A stretch of DNA of 64,000 nt from Octopus vulgaris (Eukaryota). The DNA is taken from positions 78,554,001-78,618,000 of the forward strand of contig OX597831.1 in assembly GCA_951406725.2 (NCBI GenBank), given 5' to 3'. Under the pieces are notes generated by a model. That model was given only the letters and a program-made list of their open reading frames with translations, was not told where the DNA came from and did not search any database. The position numbers were made by a program, and so were the translations under genes. Below are positions 27,627-40,252 of the stretch, piece after piece. How positions within the stretch are numbered: position 1 is the stretch's first letter; the number at the start of each line of letters is the position of its first letter.

Positions 27627-29110
27627 GCCTCGGCATCTGTTCTTACGACCCTAATAATGGGTTATTTTGAATTCACCTTATATGAAGTATCACTTAAAGA
27701 ATATGGTTACCCATTTTACATAAGAGAAAATTGGAAAAGATACCTGGATGACTGTTTTATCATTTGGAAGGAGAACATCGACAAACTTTTGAATTTCATA
27801 TCAACACTAAATAATATAAATAGTAGCATTCAATTCACAATGGAATATAACAAAGAATAACTCCCATTTTTAGACATCCTAATAATAAATGTTAACAATG
27901 AAATCATAACTGACATATATTATAAACCAACTAACTCAAAACAATATCTCCTCTTTAGCTCATGCCACCTGAAACACATCAAAATAAACATCCCTTTCAA
28001 TTTGGCAAAAAAGTTTTGTACAATAGTGCCTGATAGAACAACTCGGGACCTTCGTTTTCAAGACCTCAAAACAACTCTTACTGAAAGACAATATCCACCC
28101 TCACTTATAGACGAGGGAACTAAACGTGCCAAAAGATTAGACATAAAACACTAAGAACAACAAATCATAACACCACACCTCATCTGAAAACACCACTATT
28201 TATATCAACACACAACTCCAGAAACAGTGAGGCATTCTATACTATTGTGCAAAATCTTCCTTTAATAACAAGAGATCCAAAAATGAACGGCATCCTGGAA
28301 ACGCATAAACTTATCAAATGCAAAAACCAAAACAAATCGCTAAAGATACTACTACCAAATGCGAAGCGTTACAAAACAACCGCGAAACCAACGGTTAAAA
28401 AATGTGGACGCCCAAACTGTGGAACCTGCCCAAACTTACTTGAAGGCTCGGATTTCCCTTTCAAACAAGGACAGAGGTTCACAATTAAACTAGTTTTACT
28501 TGTGCCTCTGAGAACCTAATTTATGTAATAACCTGCTAGTTGCGACACAACTATATTAGACAGACGAGTATGACCTTGAGAAGGAGAACCACTTTACATA
28601 AAGAGCAAATCCGTTTAACGCAATACAGGCAAATTCCTCTCAGTGAACATATAGAAAAATGTGCAGATAACATCAAACCAAATTTCTTCCCCTTCTACCA
28701 GTGCAAAGACAAAATTTCTCCACTAGAACTTTAAATAAACTTTCTTCATTGAAAAATACAGAACACGTCTTAATATGCACGCATAACCAACTTTTATCTT
28801 TTTACATATTTCAGTTCACGATTGTCGAAACCTTTTTTTGTGTGTGTACATATATATTCACCTCTCCTTACCGGAAGCTGAAAAGTTATCTCCCTTGCTC
28901 ACAACAACAATAATAACGATAACCAGTTACCTCTCCTTATTTTTCTACTCATGAAGTCGTAAATATCATCACACACAACATGGACAAAAATTTCTTCTTA
29001 AGAAAATGCATATTCAAATAAGTAAACCATAATATGATGAATAGCGAAAGTGAAACCGGTCGATATATTAAAAATTATATCAAAACTATGTGAAGTGTGT
29101 GTATTTTCTA
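27627..29110 (+). mobile_element. Penelope-like element (Neptune-like), 5'-truncated RT plus GIY-YIG endonuclease, pseudogenic
   Basis: WKRYLDDCFIIW, IQFTMEY..LPFLDILI, TDIYYKPTNSKQYLLFSSCH, KKCGRPNCGTC Zn motif, NLIYVITC..YIRQTS..LRRR..H; multiple stops and frameshifts. Confidence 0.92.
29031..29070 (+). ncRNA. Degenerate minimal hammerhead in the 3' pseudo-LTR of the Penelope-like element
   Basis: a-TGATGA-atagcgaaagt-GAAACCGGTC-gatatatt; palindromic stem III ACCGGT, GUC triplet; C3 lost. Confidence 0.55.
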
Positions 29111-29911
29111 TTTTTAATTTTTTATATATATCACAATTCACCATGTGCAGATAATCGAAATTCCTCCTTTTCTGTTACTACTCTCTCTTTTTCTCTCTCT
29201 CTCTATATATATATACACACAACACACAAATCTCAGCAACAGGCCCAGACGGACTCCCGGCTCCCTTTCACCATTCCTTTTCTCTTACTCCTCCTCCTCC
29301 CCCTCCTCCCTCTCGTCGCTGACATGTGACCAGAGGGTTACTTTCTTTCTGGCTACTGCCTTCAACAAGTGTAGACGGCTTTCCTGTCCCTCTCTTAAGC
29401 TGATCTCTCAAAGCGTTCAAAATATTTTTCTCTTTCGTTTCGGCTTAAAAGCCGTTACCGTTTGTTTTTACTGTGTTATTCTCCTTGTCCTGTCTTTAAC
29501 TGTTTTTATTTGTATTGTTTTTACTGTCTTGGTTTGTTTTTACTATCCAGTTCTTGTCACTAGATTTACCCCTCCGCAAAAAATCCCAAATTTTATTCAA
29601 TTTGCTTTGCGGGAAGGACTGTTTCAAAGAAGTCATGTCTTGCCCTTACCTTCGAAACACGGAGTAGACGAGGCAAGGGCAGCTGAAGAAGTGGAATATT
29701 CCTTGTGTTGTATGTCTCGTACTCTGTTTTTTCGTTGTTAGAAAAAAGTCCGTTTCCATGCCTTTGTTTATATGTTTTCGTTTATCATTGTGTTCGACGT
29801 TTTCTTGTTTGGTGTCCTGTACCCATATATGCAAGTATATATACATATAGATGTAGGTATGTACATATATGTATGTATGCATATGTTTTATTTATTATTT
29901 TGTATATATAT

Positions 29912-30066
29912 ACTTTACTAAAAGAAGCAGAAACTCACAAAAACTGTTACTCAGAGTTTCACGTTCCCGTCGTCGGACAGTTTCGTTAGATTCTAACAAG
30001 ACCGACCGACTAACGGGATCGTGAAACTCTGAGTACACTTTTAGTTCTTTTCTACTACTTTTAGTG
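29912..30066. mobile_element. Small foldback element made of two inverted hammerhead-like units
   Basis: Arms tactcagagtttcacgttcccgtcgtcgg / ccgactaacgggatcgtgaaactctgagta; minus-strand unit has 7-bp stem I aaactgt/acagttt. Confidence 0.75.
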
Positions 30067-30410
30067 TGATACTACACACTGATTGGTCAGAATACAGTTT
30101 GCAAACCTAGCACTCTGGAGCCTACCCAGCTGTATTTATAGCACTGAATCAATCATCTTGCTACAGTCAAAAATTGTGAAGCATGACTATCACCACTACT
30201 ACATGAACCCGAAGATTGCAGAATTTAATGCATGAAAGTACTAGTTCAATCAGAATGAACATTTAACATTCTACTATTTTATTTTATTTTATTCTATTAT
30301 AATATATTATCTTATAGTATATCATTATAAGATTGTAAATAAAACGTGAAAATCAGACAAGGTTGGAATTCCTTTTATTAATATATTCTTCTATACACAA
30401 TCACACACAC

Positions 30411-30470
<60 letters not shown>

Positions 30471-30472
<2 letters not shown>

Positions 30473-30664
30473 TTTTATTCTTTTATTCTTTCACTTGTTT
30501 CAGTCATTTGACTGCGGCCATGCTCGAGCAGCGCCTGTCTTTGTAAGCCTAGTATTTATTCTATCGGTCTCTTTTGCCGAACCACTAGTTTAGGGGGACG
30601 ATAACACACCAGCATCGGTTGTCAAGCGATGTTGCGCAGACAAAAACAAACACACAAACATACA

Positions 30665-30728
<64 letters not shown>

Positions 30729-30897
30729 TATACGACGGGCTTATTTCAGTTTCCGTCTACCATATCCACTCACAAGGCTTTGGTCGGCCCGAGGCTACAG
30801 TAGAAGACAACTATCGAAGGCGCCACGCAGTGGGACTGAACCCGGAACCATGTGGTTGGGAAACAAGCTTCTTACCACACAACCACTCCTGCGCCTA
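30471..30897 (-). mobile_element. SINE family A, near full length
   Basis: Tail, 3' body (with internal deletion), (CA)n, 5' body and head. Confidence 0.9.
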
Positions 30898-30944
30898 TAT
30901 GTATGTATATATATATATATGTATGCATGTATATATGTTTCAGG

Positions 30945-31520
30945 TCACTTTTGAGTGCTACTTGTAACATGTAACCCAGTACAACCTCTCGCATGGTCGG
31001 GTCGTCGGCGACTAAACCGGCAACCCCACCAAGCTTGCTTGGTGAGGAGGGTGTTTATTGGACACCCTGCGGGATGAAAAATAAAACCCGTCAAAGGGCG
31101 GAGGAACTCTTGAGAGTCAACGGCCATCCAATAAATGTCTTAAGGCTGGATCATGCGCGGGGACAGAAATAATCGGATTGAATACCCGATCGCGCGGTTA
31201 AACGATTGGGAGTGAAGGACTTCTAGCCTTTGTGAGGGCATTCTTCTAGGAGAAGGTAACTCAGGTAACTGAGATAACTCCGATATAAAACCTGCGGCTC
31301 AGTGGTTACCGATGATGTTGACTTGTTCTTCTGTTCAAATTATGGCTGCTGTTGCTTAGTGAGTGGGATTGACTCAGTACACAGCCTTTCCTCACTTTAA
31401 AACAAATCTTCTTGCACAGGCATTGCATGATAACAACATTGATTAAGCTTCGTGCAATGGCCATACTTGATAACGAGGGGGCAGCCACCATGTATGTATG
31501 TATGTATGTATGTATGTATG
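30945..31520 (+). mobile_element. Non-coding retroposon resembling RTE-LINE 5' UTR, with (ATGT)n tail
   Basis: GC-rich island with gggcattcttctaggagaaggtaactc...taaaacctg (RTE 5'-UTR-like) ending in a tetranucleotide tail. Confidence 0.5.
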
Positions 31521-32207
31521 CATATCGCACACGAACAGTATTTCAACTAATCACTGGGTTTTGATTCCTATAGAGGATTATGTTCGCTTTCCTATCATGC
31601 CCTTTACTTATGAATGTACTTAAAATTGCAACCGTCCATATTATATAGCATTAATCTCCATGGGTCATTTCAGCCCACCTCAAAGAACTTTGGGTAATGT
31701 AGGGTGTGTTAACAACGATAAGGTTACTCCTCTGCCAAGGTTAAGAGGCTACCAAAAATTCTACTTGGTTGGTGTGATTCGAAGGGAGGTAAGCAATGAC
31801 AGTTGGTTCACTGGTATGTTAACTTGTGTTAAATGAGTGGTGGAAAGTGGCGGAAAATGGCGGAAAGCATCGGAAAGTGACGGATAGTTTGGGAGTAATT
31901 GTCATCGGGTTTGAACGGTATTCGACAGATACACGCTTCAATTAACGTGAGCTCTTTGTCTCGTATTATACTCGTGAATGAATGCACTTGACTCTTGATA
32001 TATGTATGTGTGTGTGTGTGTGCGCTAGCGTTTGTGTGTGTGTGTGTGTGTGTGTGCGCTAGCGTTTGTGTGTGTATGCATGTGTGTGTTTGTGCGTGTT
32101 CACATAAGTTAATACTCACACGCCTATTCTATGTGTGTGCGTTTTGTGAGCGAGTGTGTGCGTGCGAACTGAAGTATAGCAGAATGTATGAATCTATCTA
32201 TGTCCAT

Positions 32208-32255
<48 letters not shown>

Positions 32256-32292
32256 GTGGTGAAGCAAATTCGTTTGCCTAACACTTATCATA

Positions 32293-32323
<31 letters not shown>

Positions 32324-32578
32324 AATATATACATATATTGTGTGATTGACCATTATTAGTACAAAAGAGGTATATATATATATATACATATAAATGTGTG
32401 TGTATATATATATACACACACACTTAAGTGTACATATATAAGTATGTATGTGTGTGTATACAATTCTTCATTGACTTTATACTATACACCATTATATACA
32501 TACCTCTAAACACGCATGCATACAAACACATATGCATACATACGTAGTAGAAGCAATACCAGCAGCAGCACCAGTAGC

Positions 32579-32644
<66 letters not shown>

Positions 32645-32703
32645 TATTTGGCTAGCAGGCCATAGCGACTACTATTATTGCTGCTGCTGCCAACACCTCC
32701 ACC

Positions 32704-32752
<49 letters not shown>

Positions 32753-33748
32753 TTACTGCTCGGATGCATTTATTACAATTCTTATCGAAGTGAGCGATTT
32801 ATCACTTGGCTATTAAATGTCAACCACACCATTGCTTCCCCCATCAGCATCACCACCACCACCACCACCACCACTACCACATCCCCACCTCTGTCTCCGT
32901 CATCACTATAACCGCCATCTCCACTACCCCTATCACCACTCCCGAGACTATGTCCATCGCCGTCACCCCAAACAACCCCTCCCCCACCCCACGCCACACA
33001 CCAGCGTTTGCGGAGGACTTGTCACGTGATACATTCTTAATGGACAACCTCGTCGTCTTTTACGACGACTTTTTACCGATTATTTGTTCTCAGTAAAGTA
33101 AAAAAAAAATAAAATAAATATATAAAATATATAATAAAACAAAACACAAAATGGCGACAACAACAGCAACAACAAAAAACTATAATGTATAACGCTTGCA
33201 ACAACAACAACAACAAAGACAATACTGGCAGCAGTAACAACAACGAGAAGGACAATGATAGCAACAACAACAACAACAACAATTCCAAGGATGACAAGGG
33301 CATCGGTGGTTAGCAACAAAGAGGTAGTGGTGATAATTGACCAAGGAACTCCATTTCCTGGCGGTCAATACCTGCCATTGTTTCCTACCCCAACCCCAGG
33401 TCAACAGCTACATCCCCAATCATGCTTCTCTGCTCAGCCATGCGTTTAAGCCATTTCAATTAGTACCATACGCACATAGATGCATACATACATATATACA
33501 AACATACATACACACATACATAGATGCATAGATGCATACATAGATGCATACATACATACATGCATACATATATGCATAAACACATGCACACACTTTTATA
33601 CATATGTATGTACATTTATATATGTATATATATACACACACATGTATGTATGATTTTAGATATGCCTGTATGCAGGGATGTATACATGCGTGTATATAAT
33701 GATGTATATATATACATGTATATATATATATAAATATATAAATATATA

Positions 33749-33910
<162 letters not shown>

Positions 33911-33944
33911 TTATATACACGCATGTATATACAGGCATATCTAA

Positions 33945-34000
<56 letters not shown>

Positions 34001-34019
34001 ATATATATATATTACTTTA

Positions 34020-34550
34020 TATAATTAGGGTTCAGCAAAAAAATTTACTTTACCACACACCGAAGTGTTAGAAATACCAGCCAAAGAATTTAGCTATTTC
34101 TCCTACTATAAGAAGAGTCTCCAAGACAATGTATACTCAAAAACATTAAATTTAAATTTAACGTAATCTTCGGCTGATGACAGGAATGTTGGAATAGGTT
34201 TGTATTTCTAGCATCTCTATATCTCACTAACCCAGAAACGCGTTCTCAAGTAATCGATTTTCGAGTGAACTTTCGTCATTTTTCCCTCTAAGCCTACGTG
34301 AATTGTTTTTGAGTATACATTGTCTGGGAGACTTCTTATAGTAGGAGAAATAGCTAAATTCTTTGGCTGCTATTTCTAAAAGTTCGGTGTGTGGTAAAGT
34401 AAAATTTTTTGCTGAACCCTAATTATAATTATACTCATAATAATATAAAGTAAAGTTTAAATATACCGTAAATGGTCCTTTTACATACTGAACACTGCTT
34501 GGTAAAATTATTAATTACTAATTAATTAATTTTACCCTTATTGTTATTGA
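34020..34550 (+). mobile_element. Foldback non-autonomous element with central hammerhead (Penelope pLTR-like)
   Basis: ~125-bp inverted arms 34020-34145 / 34304-34428; loop holds CTGATGA (34174)...GAAACGCGTT (34235); 3' extension with ggtaaaatta..taattttacc hairpin; (TA)n both sides. Confidence 0.8.
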
Positions 34551-34645
34551 CTATATATATATAGATATATATATATTTTTATATAAATATATATGTATAT
34601 ATCTATGTATGTATATACACACGCACACACACACATACGCATGCA

Positions 34646-34739
<94 letters not shown>

Positions 34740-34909
34740 TGTATGTATGTATGTATGTATGTATGTATGTATGTGTATGAAAGTGTAGTCGAAATTGTCT
34801 AAATTCCTACGAAACAACTGTGTTCTGACCTGTTCTGGATTAGAAACCGGATCCTTCCTTTTTTGGTGAAGTAAAAGCCATCATTATTATTGTCAAATAG
34901 AAAGCCATA

Positions 34910-35135
34910 CTAGTGAGTTGACATAATCGTTAATGCACCGGAAAAAGAGACCTTGCGCTATTTCTTCCGGCTGTTTGGTTTCAGTGCTCAAATCGCAGTG
35001 AGGTCAAATTTGCCTTCCACTCATCCGGGGCCGACAAAACGAATTACATGCAATCATGTAGAGGGGTCAAAATAGTCGACTAACACCCAACCCATCAAAT
35101 TTGTTGACCTTGTGGCTAAATCAGAAACGAATGTT
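34910..35135 (+). mobile_element. Degenerate SINE family B
   Basis: ctcaaatcgcagtgaggtcaaatttgccttccactcatccggggccgacaaa...ccttgtggctaaatcagaaa. Confidence 0.65.
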
Positions 35136-35140
35136 ATTAT

Positions 35141-35546
35141 AGGCGTAGGAGTGGCTGTGTGGTAAGAACTACATGGTTCCGGGTTCAGTCCCACTGCGTG
35201 GCACCTTGGGCTTGTGTCTTCTGCTATGGCCTCGGGCCGACCAAAGCCTTATGAGTGTAATTGGCAGACGGAAACTGAAAGAAGCCCGTCGTATATATGT
35301 ACATTTATATGTATGTGTGTTTACATGTTTGTGTGTCTGTGTTTGTCCCCTCAACATCGCTTGACAACCGACGCTGGTGTGGTTACGTCTCTGTAACGTA
35401 GCGGTTCGGCAAAAGAGACCGATAGAATAAGTACTAGGCTTACAAAGAATAAGCCCTGGGGTCGATTTACTCGACTAAAGGCGGTGCTCCAGCATGGCCA
35501 CAGTCAAATGACTGAAACAAGTAAAAGAGTAAAAAAAAAAAGAGTA
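35141..35546 (+). mobile_element. SINE family A, full length
   Basis: aggcgtaggagtggctgtgtggtaag head to tgactgaaacaagtaaaagagt tail. Confidence 0.92.
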
Positions 35547-35549
35547 ACC

Positions 35550-35885
35550 TAGAGGAATGACAGAATCATTAAAGAGGAGGAAAAAAGACGTTGTGGTTTG
35601 TTTCAGTTCATTGCTTCCTGAGTTCAAATCTTCCTGAGATCAGCTTTGCCTTTCATTCCTCCAGCGTCGATGAAATAAAGGAGCGCTTAATTATTAGGGT
35701 CAATGACATCGACTAACTCCTCCTTACAAAATTACGGGCCTTGTGTCTAAATTAGAGACAACTATTAATGGGATAGAATAGGGAGGTTGATTACAGAACC
35801 GTCAGAGCATCGCACTAAATACTTTCCGTTGTTGAGTTACGGCCTTTATGTTCTGAGTTCAAATCCTGCCAATTCAAATTTATCT
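35550..35885 (+). mobile_element. Two degenerate SINE family B copies (second partial)
   Basis: ctgagttcaaatc..ctttgcctttcattcc..gtcgatgaaataaag; second ttctgagttcaaatcctgcc. Confidence 0.65.
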
Positions 35886-35970
35886 TTCTTGGTTAAAATA
35901 TTTGAAACTACTCATCAAGTAGCTGTCAGATAGATTTGAGTAATTAAACAGAAATTATTATTGGCATTAA

Positions 35971-36488
35971 CCCATTAGCGCCCAAGATCCTTTTTTTTTT
36001 AGGAGTAGAAGGATAATCCATCATTTTCCTGCAACACCTGTATTTTTCTGAGATATCTTTAGTTGGTCATCAAAACTGGAGTGCCTTTCAAATATTTATT
36101 TCTTTATTGCCCACAGGGTGCTAAACATAGAGGGCGAAAACAAGGTTTAAGTCGATTACATCGACCCTAGTGCGCAACTGGCACTTATTTAATCGACCCT
36201 GAAAGGATAAAAGGCAAAGTTGACCTCCGCGGAATTTGAACTCAGAATGTAAAGACAGACGAAATACCGCTAAGCATTTGGCCCAACGTGCTAACGTTTC
36301 TGCAAGCTTGCGCCTTTCATATATTGTCATAAAAAAGTTTTAAAGTTGTATAAAAATAGATTTTTTGGTTATTAACTAAATTTTAAAAAATTGGGTGCAA
36401 ATGGGTTAATAAAAAATTTAGGTGCTAATGGGTTAATAAAAAAGTTTAGGTGCTAATGGGTTAATAAAAAAAATTAGGTGCTAATGGG
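35971..36488. mobile_element. piggyBac-like MITE with four tandem right ends
   Basis: TTAA-cccattagcgccc left; ggtgc(t/a)aatggg-TTAA right repeated four times at 27-28 bp period. Confidence 0.75.
36096..36315 (-). mobile_element. SINE family B (alternative-tail subtype) inside the piggyBac-like MITE
   Basis: Family B core; flanked by gcctttcaaatatt / gcctttcatatatt direct repeat. Confidence 0.88.
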
Positions 36489-37495
36489 TTAATAAAGCAC
36501 CAGATAGAGAGAAAAAAACACTGAATGATATTTAGTTTGATTGGATTAAATATTCATAATTCTGTGAGTACTTGCAGTAATTTTGTCATTTCAACTCTTC
36601 CATAGACTGACTGGCAAAATAGTGTGACATAATAAGTCACGAATGTGATATAATTGATTCAAATTTCAGTTTTATTCTGACCTCAAGTTAGACTTCGAAA
36701 TTAAACCAAGTATAACTTGTGCTTTAATAAAATTGTTTTTAAACTGCTTGAAGCACTGCAATAAGAGAGTAAATGAGAAAAAAATGTTTGCAAAAACCTA
36801 GGAGGGATGGATACAGGTGAAGGGTCACACAAATTATGTAAAGGGATAACAATGAAAAGAAGCAAAAAGAGGAAAGGTGTCGTTTTATTATATATTTTAA
36901 AATAACCTTACGATATTTTGGCAATTGTAGTGTCTTCTGTTTAAATATTATTGTTTATAATAATCATAAAAATATTTCGGGAAAAATAGACCTTTTCAAA
37001 CAGAAGGAAGAAAATAAACAGAGCGTTAATAAAAAGTGTCTTGTTATCGACAGGCCTTTCAAGTATCATCTGTTTCAATATTATTGAATATAATGATCAT
37101 ATGTTATTTCGGGAAAATTGACCCTTTTCAAACAGATAGAAGAAAAATAATTCAAAGAAATGTGTTGCCATGGAAAAGCAATTCTAACCGTGTTTCAACA
37201 TTATTTAACATGAAATAACAACACCAGGTGATTAAATTGCTTGGTGATTTTGAGCTTAGGGTACACAATTGAACGCGGTATTTACTCTGGCAGTTTGCGC
37301 TGCGAGTTCAAATCCCACTGAAACAAATTATCTCAAGGCAGTGGCGAAGGGAAAATGCTGAATCGTCAGATAAAATGCCTTACCTTATTTGTTCCGCTTC
37401 ATTGCATTCTTAATGCCTGGTTGATAGAGTTAATCTGTCAAAAGGGTGTTTGTAGTGGTGGTACATACATACACATATATCAAGTACACGTTCTT

Positions 37496-37541
<46 letters not shown>

Positions 37542-37670
37542 ACATACATACGCACATACATACATACATAATTACATATATACATACATATATATTTACA
37601 TACATACATATATATACATACATACATACGCACATACATACATAATTACATATATACATACATATATATT

Positions 37671-37723
<53 letters not shown>

Positions 37724-38272
37724 AGAAGAATTATTACGAAGTGCCACACATATACAGCTTTACATAGATCTAAACTTTTATGTGTATGTGTGTATGTGTT
37801 TGTGAATATATATATATATACATAGAGAGAGAGAGAGAAGAGAGAAGAGAAAGAGGAGAGAGAGAGAGAGAACAGAAAGGAGAGAGAGGAGGGAAAGAAA
37901 ATGAGAAAGATGTTGAGGTAGAAACAAGGGGTGAAGTTAAATGTAGAAGGAGAAATAGAATAAGAAATATATAGTTAAATAGATATATTTATACAGTCAT
38001 GCGTACATCGTGAGAGAGAGAGAGAGAGAGAAACGGAGAGAAAGCGAGTCCTAGAAAGGAAGAAAGAAAGCAAGAAAGAAGAGAGAGAGGAGGGGGGAAG
38101 GGCAGATACTGCAAATGGCGGAAGAGTTACAAACATTCTTTCAACAAACGAAATACATGCACAAGCAGCCATTATTAATCGGATGCCGTAGAAACAATTC
38201 AACTCGTTGATCTGTGAAAAAATAAAAACGAAATGATATAAACCATAAAAAACAATATACATACATACATAT

Positions 38273-38323
<51 letters not shown>

Positions 38324-38338
38324 TATATATATAAATAT

Positions 38339-38429
<91 letters not shown>

Positions 38430-38946
38430 TATAAATATATATATGTATATATATATATATAATGAATAATGTATTAAATGAAAGACTATAAAACTATAAA
38501 AAAATAAAATCACGAAAAAAAAACGTTGGCACAGCTATTAAACATATTGTAACAATATGTTAGTCTATGTAAGGGTCATTTCCTGTGCCAGAGTTCAAAT
38601 GTCACCGGTGCATATTCATTAATATTGCTGACAAAATACACTCTCTTCTCTGCCTTCAGCCATTCTATAAAGTTTTCATTTAAATAGTTTTATAGATTTC
38701 GCCGTCAGTCACACTCACCCCACCCGCCCCACTTTCTCTGTAACACTTTCTTTCTATCTCTGTCTCTGTATCTCTCTCTCACACACACTCACACACACTT
38801 TCTCTATGTAAAATTCTTGCAAAATGTTACATCACTATTAATCTTCCAAAATGTTTTCTATTAACGAATGTTCTATCTATCCATCCACCTATTTATCCAT
38901 CCCTCTATCTATCTATCTATCTATCTACCTATTTATCCATCCATCC

Positions 38947-39010
<64 letters not shown>

Positions 39011-39110
39011 CTCTCTCTCTCTATCTATATGTATATGTATATATGTATATATATATATGTTTATATGTGTGTACATGTATATATGTATATATAAATTTAT
39101 ATATATATGA

Positions 39111-39295
39111 CCGATTTTTTTCCTCTGTCTTCCCTTCTCTGGATCTTTCCTTCTCCTATGTTTCCGACGAAGAGCTCCGCTCGAAACGTTAAACCCTACT
39201 TCTTTCCTTCTTTCCTGAGCGTCCAATAATACTATATTTGTTCCACGTTCTCGCGTTGTTGTGTCTTTTTTTGTGCTTTCTTGTTTGGATTAACT
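39111..39295 (+). mobile_element. ~180-bp hammerhead-carrying short element
   Basis: gttt-CCGACGA-a-gagc tcc gctc-GAAACGTT-aaac; near-identical copies at 54545-54712(-) and 61505-61682(+); in (TA)n. Confidence 0.8.
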
Positions 39296-39370
39296 ATGTA
39301 TATATATATAACTGTTTGTCTTTCTTTCCCTCTGTCTGTCCCTGTTTCTCTCTCTCCCTCCCTCTTTCTT

Positions 39371-39414
<44 letters not shown>

Positions 39415-39471
39415 TATATATATATATATACACATGTATGTATGTATGTTTGTGTGTGTATGTGTGTATGC

Positions 39472-39505
<34 letters not shown>

Positions 39506-39621
39506 GTGTGTGTGTATGCGCGCGAGTGTGTGTGTGTGAGTGTCTGTGTATACATACATATACAGATATACACACACGCAAACACAAACACACACATACT
39601 CACATATGTATATACAAAGAG

Positions 39622-39652
<31 letters not shown>

Positions 39653-40252
39653 AAGGGAGAAAGGGAGAAAGAGAGAGATACAAAGACAAAGAGGGACCAA
39701 AGGAGAATCCTTGCGTAGAGGGGACGTCTTTATTCTCTAGATTGTTCTCCCGAAATTTCAACCTTGAAAATACGCGGCCACAATAGCTGTTCATATTTAA
39801 ATGCCTACGTATGTATGTATGTATGTATGTATGTATGTATGTATGTATGTATGTATGTATGTATGTATGTATGTATGTATGTATGTATGTATGTATGTAT
39901 GTATGTATGAATGAATGTGTGTATATATATATATTTATATATCCATATATATATGTGTATGTGTGTATGTATACATATATATATGGTATTTTTATATAAG
40001 CTTAAAACGTATGGCGATCACCGTGCAATGACGAAGGAAAACGGTCTAATAAAGGGGCATATAAGCCTTCGACATGTGTGTATATATATATGCATGTATT
40101 TTTATATTTATGCATGTCTATATGTAAAATATACATACATACATGTTCGTATTTGTATATGCACATATGAATATAGAACTACGCATACATATATATACAT
40201 ATGCACAAATACACATATAGGTACTTTATACACGTGTATATATATATATGTT

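Noticed and set aside
36391-36492. 28-bp direct repeats as a CRISPR array
   Set aside because: No unique spacers; units are transposon ends with TTAA
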